NCBI GenBank assembly: GCA_018609125.1
Contig: JABAYF010000023.1
Span: 209 to 64,208 of the forward strand
Direction of reading: 5' to 3'
DNA from: Candidatus Nanopelagicales bacterium
Lineage (GTDB): Bacteria; Actinomycetota; Actinomycetes; S36-B12
DNA: 64,000 bases
Under the pieces are notes generated by a model. The model worked only from the letters and a program-made list of their open reading frames with translations. It was not told where the DNA came from and ran no database searches. This document shows positions 1 through 9,545 of the stretch, in pieces. The first letter of the stretch is position 1. Each line of letters starts with the position of its first letter. Position numbers and translations under genes: made by a program.

Positions 1-67
1 GTCCGCCAAGAGATCCGTCGTTCCGGCGTTGACCCGATCCGCGATGCTGCAGGTGCTCATGCGGTGA
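1..67 (+). CDS. 3' end of an upstream gene that runs off the window (product not determinable from about 21 codons)
   Basis: Frame +2 is open from base 2 to a TGA at 65-67 (..SAMLQVLMR*). That stop forms a GTGA overlap with the GTG start at 64, the coupling style used throughout this operon. In actinobacterial tad loci this slot is usually a ParA/MinD-like TadZ/Ssd protein, but that is context only. Confidence 0.35.
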   Translation, partial: SAKRSVVPALTRSAMLQVLMR

Positions 68-1215
68 TTGATGCGGCAATGGGTGCCTATTATGCCGAAC
101 GGCTTGAGTCCAATATGGATGCTGCAATTGACCCGGCGATCCTGCGCCGCCAGTTACGTGACTCCATTGCTGGGTTCGGGGCACTGCAAAAGTTCTTTGA
201 TGACCCCGAGGTGGAAGAGGTCTGGATCAATGAGCCCGGGCGTGTATTCATTGCACGCGCTGGTCGCAGTGAACTCACCACCACTGTTTTGACCGTGAAC
301 GAGGTGCGCGACCTAGTCGAACGCATGCTCGTGTGGTCAGGCCGACGTTTGGACACCTCGACCCCGTTCGTAGACGCGATGCTGCCCGATGGCAGCCGCC
401 TCCACGTCGTAATACCTGACATCACCCGAGAACACTGGGCCATCAACGTACGCCGGTTCGTGCATCGACCGCGTCATATCTTCGACCTGGTGCCGCTGGG
501 CACGCTGTCCACCCAGGCTGCAGCTTTTTTGGATGCCGCCATTGTTAGCGGTCTCAATGTGATCGTGGCTGGTGGCACTCAAGCCGGCAAGACCACGCTG
601 TTGAACTCACTACTGGGCTGCGTACCTGCCAGCGAACGCGTAGTTAGCTGCGAGGAAGTTTTTGAAATTCAGTTGCCACATCATCCGGACTGGGTAGCCA
701 TGCAAACTCGCAATGTAAACCTCGAGGGAACCGGCGAAATCCCACTCCGCCGACTCGTGCGAGAAGCGTTGCGCATGCGTCCCTCCCGTCTCGTGGTCGG
801 TGAGGTACGCCAGGCAGAAGCCTTGGACCTCCTGGTCGCGATGAATAGCGGCATGCCGTCTGCGGCAACGCTGCACGCGAATTCTGCCCGCGAGGCCGTC
901 ACGAAACTGTGCACCCTTCCCCTCCTCGCGGGTCAGAACATTTCTGCTGAATTCGTCATCCCCACGGTGGCGGGGTGTGTCGATATTGTCGTCCATACCG
1001 CCACTTTTCGAGATGGCAGAAGGCGAATTCGCGAAATCTGCGCGCTACCGGGGCGGGTGGAATCTGGGGTTGTCGAAGTGGCGGATATCTTCCGCGGTGA
1101 TCAACATCACCTCGTTCGGGCCGGCGGGTTTCCGCCACACCTTGATCGATTTGAAGCTGCCGGAATCGATATCGGGCGCATTCTCGCCGAAGACGCCGGA
1201 AGCGCCGCGCCATGA
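64..1215 (+). CDS. tadA: Tad/Flp pilus assembly ATPase, CpaF/TadA family
   Basis: 383-aa ORF with Walker A GGTQAGKTT plus VVGEVRQAEALDLL and TLHANSAREA motifs typical of CpaF/VirB11-type ATPases. It is followed by tadB and tadC. Confidence 0.92.
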   Translation: MIDAAMGAYYAERLESNMDAAIDPAILRRQLRDSIAGFGALQKFFDDPEVEEVWINEPGRVFIARAGRSELTTTVLTVNEVRDLVERMLVWSGRRLDTSTPFVDAMLPDGSRLHVVIPDITREHWAINVRRFVHRPRHIFDLVPLGTLSTQAAAFLDAAIVSGLNVIVAGGTQAGKTTLLNSLLGCVPASERVVSCEEVFEIQLPHHPDWVAMQTRNVNLEGTGEIPLRRLVREALRMRPSRLVVGEVRQAEALDLLVAMNSGMPSAATLHANSAREAVTKLCTLPLLAGQNISAEFVIPTVAGCVDIVVHTATFRDGRRRIREICALPGRVESGVVEVADIFRGDQHHLVRAGGFPPHLDRFEAAGIDIGRILAEDAGSAAP

Positions 1216-2084
1216 CTACGCTGCTCGGCGCGCTACTTGGCTTGGGAATAGCTTTGGGCGTACTCATGATTTCGGTGGGCGCTCGCTCATCAAGGCCGAA
1301 ACCGATGCGCAAGGCATCAAAGCTACGCAGGATCATTGAGCGCTCGGCTACACCTCGGCTCACCCCTGTCGGGCTACTTGCAATGTGCTTCGCCGTCGGG
1401 ATTGTTGCTTGCCTTATCGCCCTGGCAGTAACGGCGGTTCCCGCAGTGGCACTGCTCGCATTCATCATCGCCTCATACCTACCTATCAGCGTATTGAAAC
1501 GTCGTGGAAATCGACGTAGCCGTGTCTTGCGCAGCGGTTGGCCCGACACCGTAGACACACTCGCGTCTGCGGTTAAGTCCGGAATGGCCCTTCCCGAGGC
1601 AGTATCTGACCTCGCAGTCCGGGGCCCGCTGCTGCTCCGCCCGGCTTTCGATGAGTTTCGTCGGGAATACCGATCAACCGGCTCCTTTGATCGCGCTATT
1701 TCGGCACTGCAGCAACGCATGACAGACCCTGTCGCGGATCGCGTGATGGCATCGTTGCGTATTGCACGTGATGTTGGGGGCAGTGACCTAGGCCGAGTGT
1801 TAGCGACGCTCAGTGACTTCGTTCGCCAAGATGCCCGTACGCGCGGCGAAGTGGAAGCCCGGCAAAGTTGGACGGTCAACGCCGCCAGGGTGGCCGTTGC
1901 TGCTCCTTGGATCACGCTGCTTCTGCTGTGCACCAGGGCGGAGGCGGTGGCGGCCTACTCAACGCCCACCGGTGGTCTCATCATCGGCGCCTGTGCGGTG
2001 ATGTCGGTCGTGGCCTATCGCGTGATGATCGCCATTGGCAGACTTCCTGATGATCCGCGCTTGGTTCTGTCGAGTGCAGCATGA
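1212..2084 (+). CDS. tadB: Tad pilus inner-membrane platform protein TadB (T2SS-F family)
   Basis: 290-aa polytopic membrane ORF. ATGA overlap with the tadA stop. Position and topology match TadB. Confidence 0.85.
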   Translation: MTTLLGALLGLGIALGVLMISVGARSSRPKPMRKASKLRRIIERSATPRLTPVGLLAMCFAVGIVACLIALAVTAVPAVALLAFIIASYLPISVLKRRGNRRSRVLRSGWPDTVDTLASAVKSGMALPEAVSDLAVRGPLLLRPAFDEFRREYRSTGSFDRAISALQQRMTDPVADRVMASLRIARDVGGSDLGRVLATLSDFVRQDARTRGEVEARQSWTVNAARVAVAAPWITLLLLCTRAEAVAAYSTPTGGLIIGACAVMSVVAYRVMIAIGRLPDDPRLVLSSAA

Positions 2085-2989
2085 ACGCCAGTTATGGTGC
2101 GCTACTCGGTTTGGTGCTCGCGGTGGGGCTGCTCACCCTCTTTGCTGGGATTGCGGCGAATCGCCGACCGAAGCTGGTGCACCGTCTCCACCGACGAGCC
2201 GGGGGCTCGATGGCCGTTGAGCCTGGCCCCGTACGCACACTCATTTCGGTTTTGTCACCGAGGATCACAATTTTGGGCAGGACGACATCGGCAGAGTCCA
2301 GCGAAGGTTTGCGCGGTCGATTGGCTAGTGCGGGTCGTCCGCAAGATATCGATCGATACCGAATCGAGCGGTTGTCCTGGATCGTTTTTGGTGGGGCCGG
2401 CGGAATCGCAGCAACCGCTGTACTCCTGGCCCGTGGCGGACAGCTATCGGTAGTTCTCCTCACTGTCCTGGTCGCCTTAGGTGGCTTTCTCGGGTTAGTG
2501 CTGCACGAACGTGCGCTACGTCGCAGCATTCGCAGACGAGCGGAACGCATGAGCGATCAACTACCCACCGTGGCGGAACTCCTCGCGTTTTCGGTAGCCG
2601 CAGGGGAAACACCGCTGGCCGCCATCCGTCGGCTACACGCAAATGTCGGTGGCGAACTTGCCGAGGAATTCGGCCAGGTCATCGACGATGTGCGCGCGGG
2701 TACCGCTTTCATCACGGCACTTACCCAGATGTCACGGCGCTCGGCCAGCGTCGCGGTAACTCGGTTTGTTGATGCACTCATCGTGGCCTCAGAACGTGGA
2801 ACACCGATGGCTGAAGTTCTGCGAGCGCAGGCTGCCGACTCCCGAGCAGCAAGTCGACGACAGCTGATGGAGGGGGCTTCGAAAAAGGAATCTCTCATGA
2901 TCGCACCCATCGTTTTTCTCGTCCTGCCAATGCTGGTCGTGATCGCCCTCTACCCCGGTGTCTACGGACTTTCCTTCACTGTTCCTTGA
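2081..2989 (+). CDS. tadC: Tad pilus inner-membrane platform protein TadC (T2SS-F family)
   Basis: 302-aa membrane ORF paralogous in layout to tadB. ATGA overlap with the tadB stop. Confidence 0.85.
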   Translation: MNASYGALLGLVLAVGLLTLFAGIAANRRPKLVHRLHRRAGGSMAVEPGPVRTLISVLSPRITILGRTTSAESSEGLRGRLASAGRPQDIDRYRIERLSWIVFGGAGGIAATAVLLARGGQLSVVLLTVLVALGGFLGLVLHERALRRSIRRRAERMSDQLPTVAELLAFSVAAGETPLAAIRRLHANVGGELAEEFGQVIDDVRAGTAFITALTQMSRRSASVAVTRFVDALIVASERGTPMAEVLRAQAADSRAASRRQLMEGASKKESLMIAPIVFLVLPMLVVIALYPGVYGLSFTVP

Positions 2990-3041
2990 TCACCATTTAA
3001 CGAATGTCCATTAACCAACTATGCACAACAGAGGAGTTCCC

Positions 3042-3236
3042 GTGAACGCACTTCGTCGTCGTCTCTTTCAATTGATTGCTGATCTGACGTCACCGCGAAA
3101 TGATCGTGGTGATGTACCCGGATGGGTCTTGGTGGCCGTGATGAGCGCGGGCCTCGTCACCGCACTGTGGTTGGTGGCAGACGATGCACTGACCGGCATT
3201 TTGGATCGAGCGATCAGTAGCGTCACCGGCCCGTGA
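3042..3236 (+). CDS. Small Flp-pilin-like membrane protein (DUF4244-like position in actinobacterial tad loci)
   Basis: About 65 aa with a basic N-terminus and a single hydrophobic helix (GWVLVAVMSAGLVTALWLV). The GTG at 3042 is preceded by GAGGAG at 3031-3036. The ORF-track ATG at 3021 lacks an RBS. Confidence 0.65.
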   Translation: MNALRRRLFQLIADLTSPRNDRGDVPGWVLVAVMSAGLVTALWLVADDALTGILDRAISSVTGP

Positions 3237-3616
3237 CTCGATGGCGAGCCCATGATGATCGCGGTAGCGCCGTTACCGACTTTGCTCTGGTGATGCCGCT
3301 CCTACTGCTCGTGGCAATGGCCGTGGTGCAGTTGGTCTTGACCATGCATGTGCGGTCCACGATGATCGCTGCGGCCGCCGAGGGTGCCCGTGCCGCGGCA
3401 CTAGCGGGAGCCCAACCCCAGGCGGGTGAAGTGCGTACGCGTGAAGTGCTGGCTGAAGCGCTCGGGACGCAAACCGCGCAGATTCAGGCTAGCCGTATTC
3501 GAATTGCCGGTGCGCCTGCCATCCGGGTGCAGGTCACCGGCAACCTTCCCCTATTCGGCCTCGTGGGTCCGCAGGTACTGACCGTGGAAGGTCATGCTTT
3601 CGTGGAGCAGCCCTAA
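3233..3616 (+). CDS. TadE-like pseudopilin
   Basis: 127 aa. N-terminal DDRGSAVTDFALVMPLLLLV is the TadE-family signature helix. GTGA overlap with the upstream stop. Confidence 0.8.
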   Translation: MTRWRAHDDRGSAVTDFALVMPLLLLVAMAVVQLVLTMHVRSTMIAAAAEGARAAALAGAQPQAGEVRTREVLAEALGTQTAQIQASRIRIAGAPAIRVQVTGNLPLFGLVGPQVLTVEGHAFVEQP

Positions 3617-4062
3617 TGCTGGTGCGTTTGCGCGGCCGCGACGACACCGGCTCGGCGGTCATCGAGTTCGTGGTGCTGGTGGTTCTGGTGCTGATGCCCC
3701 TGGTCTACGTGGTCATTGCCGTGATGCAGGTGCAGGCCGCCAGTTATGCCGCAACCCAGGCGGCAAGAGAGGCAGGTCGGGTCTTCGCTCAGGCTGACTC
3801 ACCCGTGCAGGGTCGCCAGGTGGCCACGGCCGCTGCGGCCCTTGCTCTGGCAGATCAGGGTTTTTCGCCAGACCCTGCTCCGCTAGCGCTGACCTGTTCA
3901 ACCACCGTGTGCCTGGCACCGGGATCAACCGTGGAAGCGCGTGTTTCGATGCGGGTCCGGCTGCCCTTCCTGCCAGACTGGCTAGCTGAAACGACCGCAG
4001 GCTCCATCCCGATCACGGTCACACATCAAACACCCGTCGATGTTTATCGAACCTCCTCATGA
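3616..4062 (+). CDS. TadE-like pseudopilin
   Basis: 148 aa. N-terminal DDTGSAVIEFVVLVVLVLMPL. Start overlaps the upstream stop (TAATG). Confidence 0.8.
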   Translation: MLVRLRGRDDTGSAVIEFVVLVVLVLMPLVYVVIAVMQVQAASYAATQAAREAGRVFAQADSPVQGRQVATAAAALALADQGFSPDPAPLALTCSTTVCLAPGSTVEARVSMRVRLPFLPDWLAETTAGSIPITVTHQTPVDVYRTSS

Positions 4063-4496
4063 GGGCTCCAGCAGCGGCGAAGCGTCACGATGGGGGCAGC
4101 ATCATGGTGGCGTCCATTGGTTTCATCGTGATCTGCATCCTGGCGGTTGGCGTTGTTGTCGACGTCACGTCGGTCTTCATCGCCCGACGTAGCTTGCAAG
4201 CTGCCGTTGATTCAGCAGCGTTGGCGGGTGCTCAGGCCATTGACCTTCCGACCTATTACCAGCAGGGGGCAGGGGAAGGCATCGTGTTGGAAGCGGCACA
4301 GGTACGGGCTCGGGTGCGTGCCCAATTGCGGTCAACCCCGCAGGTGGTGCTCACGCGTGTGCAACTCGATAGTGAGGTGGTGGTGGTTACCGCCCGCACC
4401 ACGATGCGTCCACCCATGAGTGGCTGGCTGACCGGTCTTGGTGCCCAAACCCTCACCGCCCAGGCGGGTGCGCAGCTGATGTATCGACCGGGCTAG
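4059..4496 (+). CDS. TadE/TadG-like pilus assembly protein
   Basis: 145 aa. N-terminal hydrophobic helix followed by RRSLQAAVDSAALAGA, typical of TadG-like N-terminal domains. ATGA overlap with the upstream stop. Confidence 0.7.
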   Translation: MRAPAAAKRHDGGSIMVASIGFIVICILAVGVVVDVTSVFIARRSLQAAVDSAALAGAQAIDLPTYYQQGAGEGIVLEAAQVRARVRAQLRSTPQVVLTRVQLDSEVVVVTARTTMRPPMSGWLTGLGAQTLTAQAGAQLMYRPG

Positions 4497-4590
4497 GTCA
4501 CACCGGATCGCGGGTATCCAGGCGCTGGGCCATTCACGCTCGGGAGCCTGCGTGGTTCAGTCAGCTGGTTCAGACATAGAGTGACACACC

Positions 4591-5706
4591 GTGGACGCTG
4601 CCGAAATCGAGGAATCCCTGTCGCATATGCGCCAGATTCTCAACAGCGTCGAGGCAGTGCTGGATTTGCCCGCCATGCGGCTAGCGGTGATTGACCTTGA
4701 GACAGAGGCCGGCGCGCCCGATTTGTGGGACGACCAGGTGCATGCCCAGGCCATCACGTCACGGCTTTCCTTGATGCAGGGTGAGATTAGACGTGTGGAG
4801 TCGCTACGTCGGCGCGTTGATGACCTCGCTGTGCTTGTGGAATTAGCCGAGGATGAAGATGACGCGGATAGTCGGGCTGAGGCCGCCCGAGAACTGACGT
4901 CGCTAGAAAAACTCCTCGCCGAACTTGAGGTGCGAACGCTGCTGTCGGGGGAGTACGACATGCGTGAAGCGCTGGTAACCATTCGAAGTGAAGCCGGTGG
5001 CGTTGATGCGGCCGACTGGGCAGAAATGCTATTGCGTCTGTACCTGCGCTACTGCGAACGGCACGGCTGGCCAATTGAGGTGTACGACACTTCGTATGCG
5101 GAAGAGGCCGGCATCAAGTCGGCTACGTTCGCGGTGAAAGCGCCCTATGCCTACGGAACGCTTTCGGTGGAGCAGGGCACCCATCGGTTGGTTCGCATTA
5201 GCCCCTTTGACAATCAGGGTCGACGGCAAACATCCTTCGCCGCTGTAGAGGTATTACCGGTAACGGAGCAAACCGACCACGTTGAGATTCCCGAAAATGA
5301 GATTCGCATCGACGTGTTCCGCTCCTCGGGTCCCGGCGGACAGAGCGTGAACACCACCGACTCTGCGGTGCGGATGACACATCTGCCGACAGGAATCATC
5401 GTGACCTGCCAGAACGAAAAATCCCAGATTCAAAACCGGGCTGCTGCGATGCGTGTGCTGCAATCGCGATTGCTTGAGTTTCGACGCCGTGAAGATCAGG
5501 CCAAGATGAATGCCTTGAAGGATGACTCAGCCGGCTCGTGGGGTACCCAGATGCGCTCCTATGTGCTGCACCCGTATCAGATGGTGAAAGATCTACGCAC
5601 CGAACACGAGACAGGCAACACCGCTGCGGTGCTCGACGGCGAAATTGACGACTTTGTTGAGGCCGGGATTCGGTGGCGACGACAGACCGAAGGTGCGAAC
5701 CACTAG
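4591..5706 (+). CDS. prfB: Peptide chain release factor 2
   Basis: 371 aa with the SPF tripeptide ([10 protein letters not shown]) and the GGQ motif ([17 protein letters not shown]). It is a single uninterrupted frame. Confidence 0.95.
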   Translation: MDAAEIEESLSHMRQILNSVEAVLDLPAMRLAVIDLETEAGAPDLWDDQVHAQAITSRLSLMQGEIRRVESLRRRVDDLAVLVELAEDEDDADSRAEAARELTSLEKLLAELEVRTLLSGEYDMREALVTIRSEAGGVDAADWAEMLLRLYLRYCERHGWPIEVYDTSYAEEAGIKSATFAVKAPYAYGTLSVEQGTHRLVRISPFDNQGRRQTSFAAVEVLPVTEQTDHVEIPENEIRIDVFRSSGPGGQSVNTTDSAVRMTHLPTGIIVTCQNEKSQIQNRAAAMRVLQSRLLEFRRREDQAKMNALKDDSAGSWGTQMRSYVLHPYQMVKDLRTEHETGNTAAVLDGEIDDFVEAGIRWRRQTEGANH

Positions 5707-5713
5707 AGGCGGA

Positions 5714-6697
5714 TCAATTGGGGAGGCAGTACTTTCCATCGTTTCGCAAATTGATTAGTCCGTCACTCGCCAACCCGGAAAGGGCCCGCTCCGCCTGTGC
5801 TTCATCGGCCCAGACGTAATCGCTACCGGCCCGCACGGTGTTGAGGTCTAGCGCTTCTACGTCATTGCGCAGCATCGCCAAAATGTGTCCGCGAGCCTGC
5901 CGGTCTGATCCGACATATTGAGGTTGGCGACGCGGCGGTTGGACAGGTGGGGGAGACCCGGCCGCTACCCAGGCGCAGTTGGTCACCAGCGGGCAATGAT
6001 TGCAGTCTGGTTTTTTCGCCGTGCACACCAATGCACCGAGTTCCATGAGTCCGGCCATCCACTTGGTCGCACCATCTGCAGGCATGATCGACCAGGTGAG
6101 TTCGCGTTCGGCGCGAGTCACCTGCCCAGTGGGCAGTGCCTGGCCCTGTAGATAGCGAGCAAGTACTCGCCGAACGTTTGTGTCCAGGGTGAGAGCTGGA
6201 ATGTCGAAAGCGAAAGCGCGCACCGCACCGGCGGTGTATTCACCCACGCCAGGTAGGGATAGCAGGGCATCGAGGTCGCTTGGAACGAACCCGCCGTGGT
6301 CGGCAACGATCACCTGCGCGGCCCGGTGCAAACGAATTGCGCGGCGTGGGTAGCCCAGGCGATCCCAGGCCCGAATAACCTCAGAGGTGGGCGATGCCGC
6401 CAGATCGGCCGGGGTGGGCCAGCGGTTCATCCAGGCCCGCCAGGTCGGCAAAACTCGGGCCACCGGGGTCTGTTGAAGCATGATTTCGCTCACCAAAACT
6501 GGCCACGCCCACGACCGATTATCGGTGGAATTGGGTCTGCTCCGCCACGGCAACTCACGACAATTTGTGTGAAACCAGGACAGAACTAAAGTAGTGAATG
6601 TGGAGTCGCTATCAGTCGAAGGAGGTGCATGCACCCATGGATGCTGACACGCATTACCCAATAAGGCGATACCGTGCCTCCTCGTGAGTACCATCAT
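5714..6697 (-). CDS. mutY: A/G-specific adenine DNA glycosylase (MutY family)
   Basis: HhH-GPD region (LPGVGEYTAGAV) and a 4Cys Fe-S loop (CTAKKPDCNHCPLVTNC). The longest ORF is given. An in-frame GTG at 6634 (VHAPPST..) is a more likely start, because it removes the divergent overlap with the next gene. Confidence 0.88.
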   Translation of the reverse strand: MMVLTRRHGIALLGNACQHPWVHAPPSTDSDSTFTTLVLSWFHTNCRELPWRSRPNSTDNRSWAWPVLVSEIMLQQTPVARVLPTWRAWMNRWPTPADLAASPTSEVIRAWDRLGYPRRAIRLHRAAQVIVADHGGFVPSDLDALLSLPGVGEYTAGAVRAFAFDIPALTLDTNVRRVLARYLQGQALPTGQVTRAERELTWSIMPADGATKWMAGLMELGALVCTAKKPDCNHCPLVTNCAWVAAGSPPPVQPPRRQPQYVGSDRQARGHILAMLRNDVEALDLNTVRAGSDYVWADEAQAERALSGLASDGLINLRNDGKYCLPN

Positions 6698-7313
6698 GAA
6701 TCCCGTCGGGTCCCAGGCCCCAGGCGTTTACTGGCGCCGGCGCCTGGTGGTCATTGGCGTGCTCGTGCTGATTTTCTTCCTCGTGTGGTTCCTGTTCTTC
6801 CGAGGCGGAGACGGCGACGGTGGCGATGCCGGACCAACTCCGGCACCCTCGCCCACCCAGTCAGCGACAACTACCCCGACTCCGGCGCCCACTACTCCGC
6901 CGGTGCCATCACCCACGCGCACCGACGACATTTGTCTGGATCAAGACATTCTGGTTGAAGCATCCTCGGAGCTACCCATTTATCCGGTGGGCAGCACACC
7001 CACGCTGAAGCTCACGATCACCAACATCGGCACCGTGGAATGCCGCCGCAATGTTGGGCCCGGCGCTAATGAACTACGAATCGAGTTGCAGGGCCAGGTG
7101 CTGTGGTCATCAGATGACTGCAATCCCAACGACGCCTCCGACATCATCTCCTTCCTCCGCGGTGATGAGTTCACCACCCAGCTGATGTGGGATGGTCGCA
7201 CCAGCGCGGCCGGTTGCCCATCGGATCAACCGTTACTCGATGCGGGGGAGTACACGGTGGTTGGCCGCAACGGCACCATTGAAAGCTTGCCGACCGCGAT
7301 TCGGTTGGAGTGA
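6684..7313 (+). CDS. Membrane-anchored protein with a Pro/Thr-rich linker and a Cys-containing C-terminal domain
   Basis: 209 aa with an N-terminal TM helix (VVIGVLVLIFFLVWFLFF), then PTPAPSPTQSATTTPTPAPTTPPVPSPT, then a globular domain. The start could be the ATG at 6696. Confidence 0.6.
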   Translation: MSTIMNPVGSQAPGVYWRRRLVVIGVLVLIFFLVWFLFFRGGDGDGGDAGPTPAPSPTQSATTTPTPAPTTPPVPSPTRTDDICLDQDILVEASSELPIYPVGSTPTLKLTITNIGTVECRRNVGPGANELRIELQGQVLWSSDDCNPNDASDIISFLRGDEFTTQLMWDGRTSAAGCPSDQPLLDAGEYTVVGRNGTIESLPTAIRLE

Positions 7314-7324
7314 TACCGAACCTG

Positions 7325-8689
7325 CTAGGACAACTCTTCGAGTCGTTCAACCGCGGCTTTCAGGTGCGTGAGTTCATAGAGCACATCGGAGTGGGCGGAA
7401 ATTCGTTCTCGTGAACCCTTGGGTACCAGGATGCGTCGGTAGCCGAGTCGAACCGCTTCACTGACTCGGGCGGCCAGGTGGGGTACGGGGCGAATATCGC
7501 CCGACAGCGCGACCTCACCGATGGCGATGACATTGGCCGGTACCGCCGTATCGCGCAGCCCAGATGCGATAGCGAGACAAATCGCTAGATCGGCACCGGG
7601 GTCACCGATTCGGGCGCCGCCCACCGTGGCCACGAAGAGATCGCGCCCGCTGAGTTTGGTGGTGGTAAATCGATCGGTGACCGCGGCCAGGGTGGCCACC
7701 CGCGTGGTGTCGATGCCGGTCACGATGTGTCGATGGTTTTGGGAGGTGCCTAAAAGCACCTGAATTTCAGCAATGAGCGCGCGGCGGCCCTCCATGGTGA
7801 CGGTGACGCACGTGCCGGCGACGGGTGAATCACGTTGACCGCGGAACAACTCCGAGGGATCGACCACCTCGCGCAGGCCACTCTCGGTTTGCTCGTAGGC
7901 GACGACCTCATCTGCTGGGCCATAGCGGTTCTTTGTGGCGCGAAGGAGACGCAGCGAGGTGGCCCGATCGCCTTCAAAGGTAAGTACGGTGTCGACCAAA
8001 TGCTCAAGTGCCCGCGGGCCTGCCACGGTGTTTTCTCGAGTTGACTGGCCCACGAGCAGAACCGGAACACCTCGTTCTTTTGCGGTGCGGGTGAGGGCCT
8101 GGGTGACCTCTAGTACCTGTGCCACCCCGCCGGGGCGACCGTCGACGTTGGCCGAGGCCATGGTTTGGACTGAGTCGACGATGACCAGTGCGGGCTTGAG
8201 CGCGTCGATGTGTCCGATCGCGTTGGCGACATTGGTTTCATCGGCAACGAGTAAGTTTTCGTGGATGGCGCCAATGCGGGTAGCGCGAATACCGATTTGA
8301 TCGGCTGATTCTTCCCCGGTTACGTAGAGCACCGGTGCCGATTGTGACCTCGCAACGGAGTGAGCGACGGCAAGGACGAGGGTGGACTTACCAACCCCGG
8401 GTTCGCCGGCCACGAGCACCACTTGACCGGCGACCAGACCACCGCCGAGGCAGCGATCGAACTCACCGAGACCGGTGGTGGTGCGCTCAGCCCGCGCGGA
8501 TGCCAGCGAGCCCACCGGATGCGCGGTGCGCCGAGGAGCGGCTGATTTCGTGCGCACACCTGGACTGCTCGTGGCGCGGGGAGCTTCGACCATGGAACCG
8601 AACTCTTTGCACTTTGGGCAACGGCCAACCCAGCGCAGGCTAGCTGCCTGGCAGGCGGAGCAGGTGTAGGTCACCTCTGATTTGGCCAC
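7325..8689 (-). CDS. radA: DNA repair protein RadA/Sms
   Basis: N-terminal zinc ribbon CSACQ..CPKC, Walker A GEPGVGKST, KNRYG motif and a Lon-like C-terminal domain. Confidence 0.95.
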   Translation of the reverse strand: MAKSEVTYTCSACQAASLRWVGRCPKCKEFGSMVEAPRATSSPGVRTKSAAPRRTAHPVGSLASARAERTTTGLGEFDRCLGGGLVAGQVVLVAGEPGVGKSTLVLAVAHSVARSQSAPVLYVTGEESADQIGIRATRIGAIHENLLVADETNVANAIGHIDALKPALVIVDSVQTMASANVDGRPGGVAQVLEVTQALTRTAKERGVPVLLVGQSTRENTVAGPRALEHLVDTVLTFEGDRATSLRLLRATKNRYGPADEVVAYEQTESGLREVVDPSELFRGQRDSPVAGTCVTVTMEGRRALIAEIQVLLGTSQNHRHIVTGIDTTRVATLAAVTDRFTTTKLSGRDLFVATVGGARIGDPGADLAICLAIASGLRDTAVPANVIAIGEVALSGDIRPVPHLAARVSEAVRLGYRRILVPKGSRERISAHSDVLYELTHLKAAVERLEELS

Positions 8690-8711
8690 GGTGGGCAGCG
8701 TACGTGGTGTG

Positions 8712-9503
8712 TCAGACAGGTGGTACCGGGTCAGCGGGATGTACCGCTAGGGCGCGCCGACCCTGGGTGTCGCGTACCTGCGCGAGTAGCTTCACTCGCT
8801 GTGCGCAGTGCTCGGCGACAACTTCATATGCGCCGAGGCCCATCAGCGCGACCAATTCATCGCGGTGGGTGAGGTACACCGGTTCACTCGCGGTGTGCGC
8901 TTCAGTGTTGCCGCTGCAATACCAGTCCAGATCGTGACCGCCGGCCCCCCATGCGCGCCGGTCGTATTCGGTGATCGTCACGATCTCCCGTTCGGTGCCA
9001 TCGGGTAGCTCTTCAGTGTCGAAGGCACGTCGCATGGGTACCTGCCAGCACACCTCGGGTTTGGTCTCGACAAAGGACACGCCCTCGCGTTCGGCGAGGT
9101 GGTGCAGGGCACAGCCGTAACCACCGGCGAAGTCGGGCGAGTTGTGAAAGATGCAGGCGCCCTTGACCACTCGGGTCTTGCGCTCGCCCTTGTCCGGCCC
9201 GCTTTTAACCTCTTCCGCGAAACCAGACTTGTGTCCGGTTTTGTAGTGCTCCCAGTCAGCCTTGGTGAGTTTCTTCACCCACGACTTCACGCGCTTTTCG
9301 TCGGCGGCGTCACTAAAGTGGGCGCCCAGGGAGCAGCAGCCGGCCAGTGGCGCCGTGTCGTCGATACCACGGCAACCACGACCAAAAATGCAGGAGTAGC
9401 GCGATGTCAGCCAGGTGAGGTCGCAGCGGAACTGCTGATGGGGGTTGGCCGGGTCGGCGAACTCTAACCAGGCGCGGGGGAAATCTAAGGGGACTTCGAC
9501 CAC
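8712..9503 (-). CDS. Conserved Cys-rich actinobacterial protein of unknown function (possibly DUF3027 family)
   Basis: 263 aa with 10 Cys, including CIFGRGC and a CC pair. It lies 22 nt upstream of radA on the same strand and divergent from ppx. The family assignment comes from remembered synteny only. Confidence 0.55.
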   Translation of the reverse strand: MVEVPLDFPRAWLEFADPANPHQQFRCDLTWLTSRYSCIFGRGCRGIDDTAPLAGCCSLGAHFSDAADEKRVKSWVKKLTKADWEHYKTGHKSGFAEEVKSGPDKGERKTRVVKGACIFHNSPDFAGGYGCALHHLAEREGVSFVETKPEVCWQVPMRRAFDTEELPDGTEREIVTITEYDRRAWGAGGHDLDWYCSGNTEAHTASEPVYLTHRDELVALMGLGAYEVVAEHCAQRVKLLAQVRDTQGRRALAVHPADPVPPV

Positions 9504-9545
9504 CAGGTCAGCCTAGATGCTCCGGCAGGGAGTAGCGTCAGCGAC

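Noticed and set aside
956-1933. 325-aa antisense ORF across tadA/tadB. Similar long shadow ORFs occur at 9893-10564, 15780-16418, 33799-34431, 35795-36529, 44839-45471, 45427-46173, 50556-51224 and 61111-61788.
   Set aside because: All lie opposite to, or out of frame with, genes that have unambiguous family motifs. Their translations are Arg/Ser/Pro/Ala-rich low-complexity sequence, typical of stop-poor alternative frames in high-GC DNA.
4591-5706. Looked for the programmed +1 frameshift site (CTT TGA C after about 25 codons) that many bacterial prfB genes carry.
   Set aside because: The whole RF2 protein, including the N-terminal region, is encoded in one uninterrupted 371-codon frame. There is no in-frame early TGA, so the gene has no frameshift, as is common in actinobacteria.
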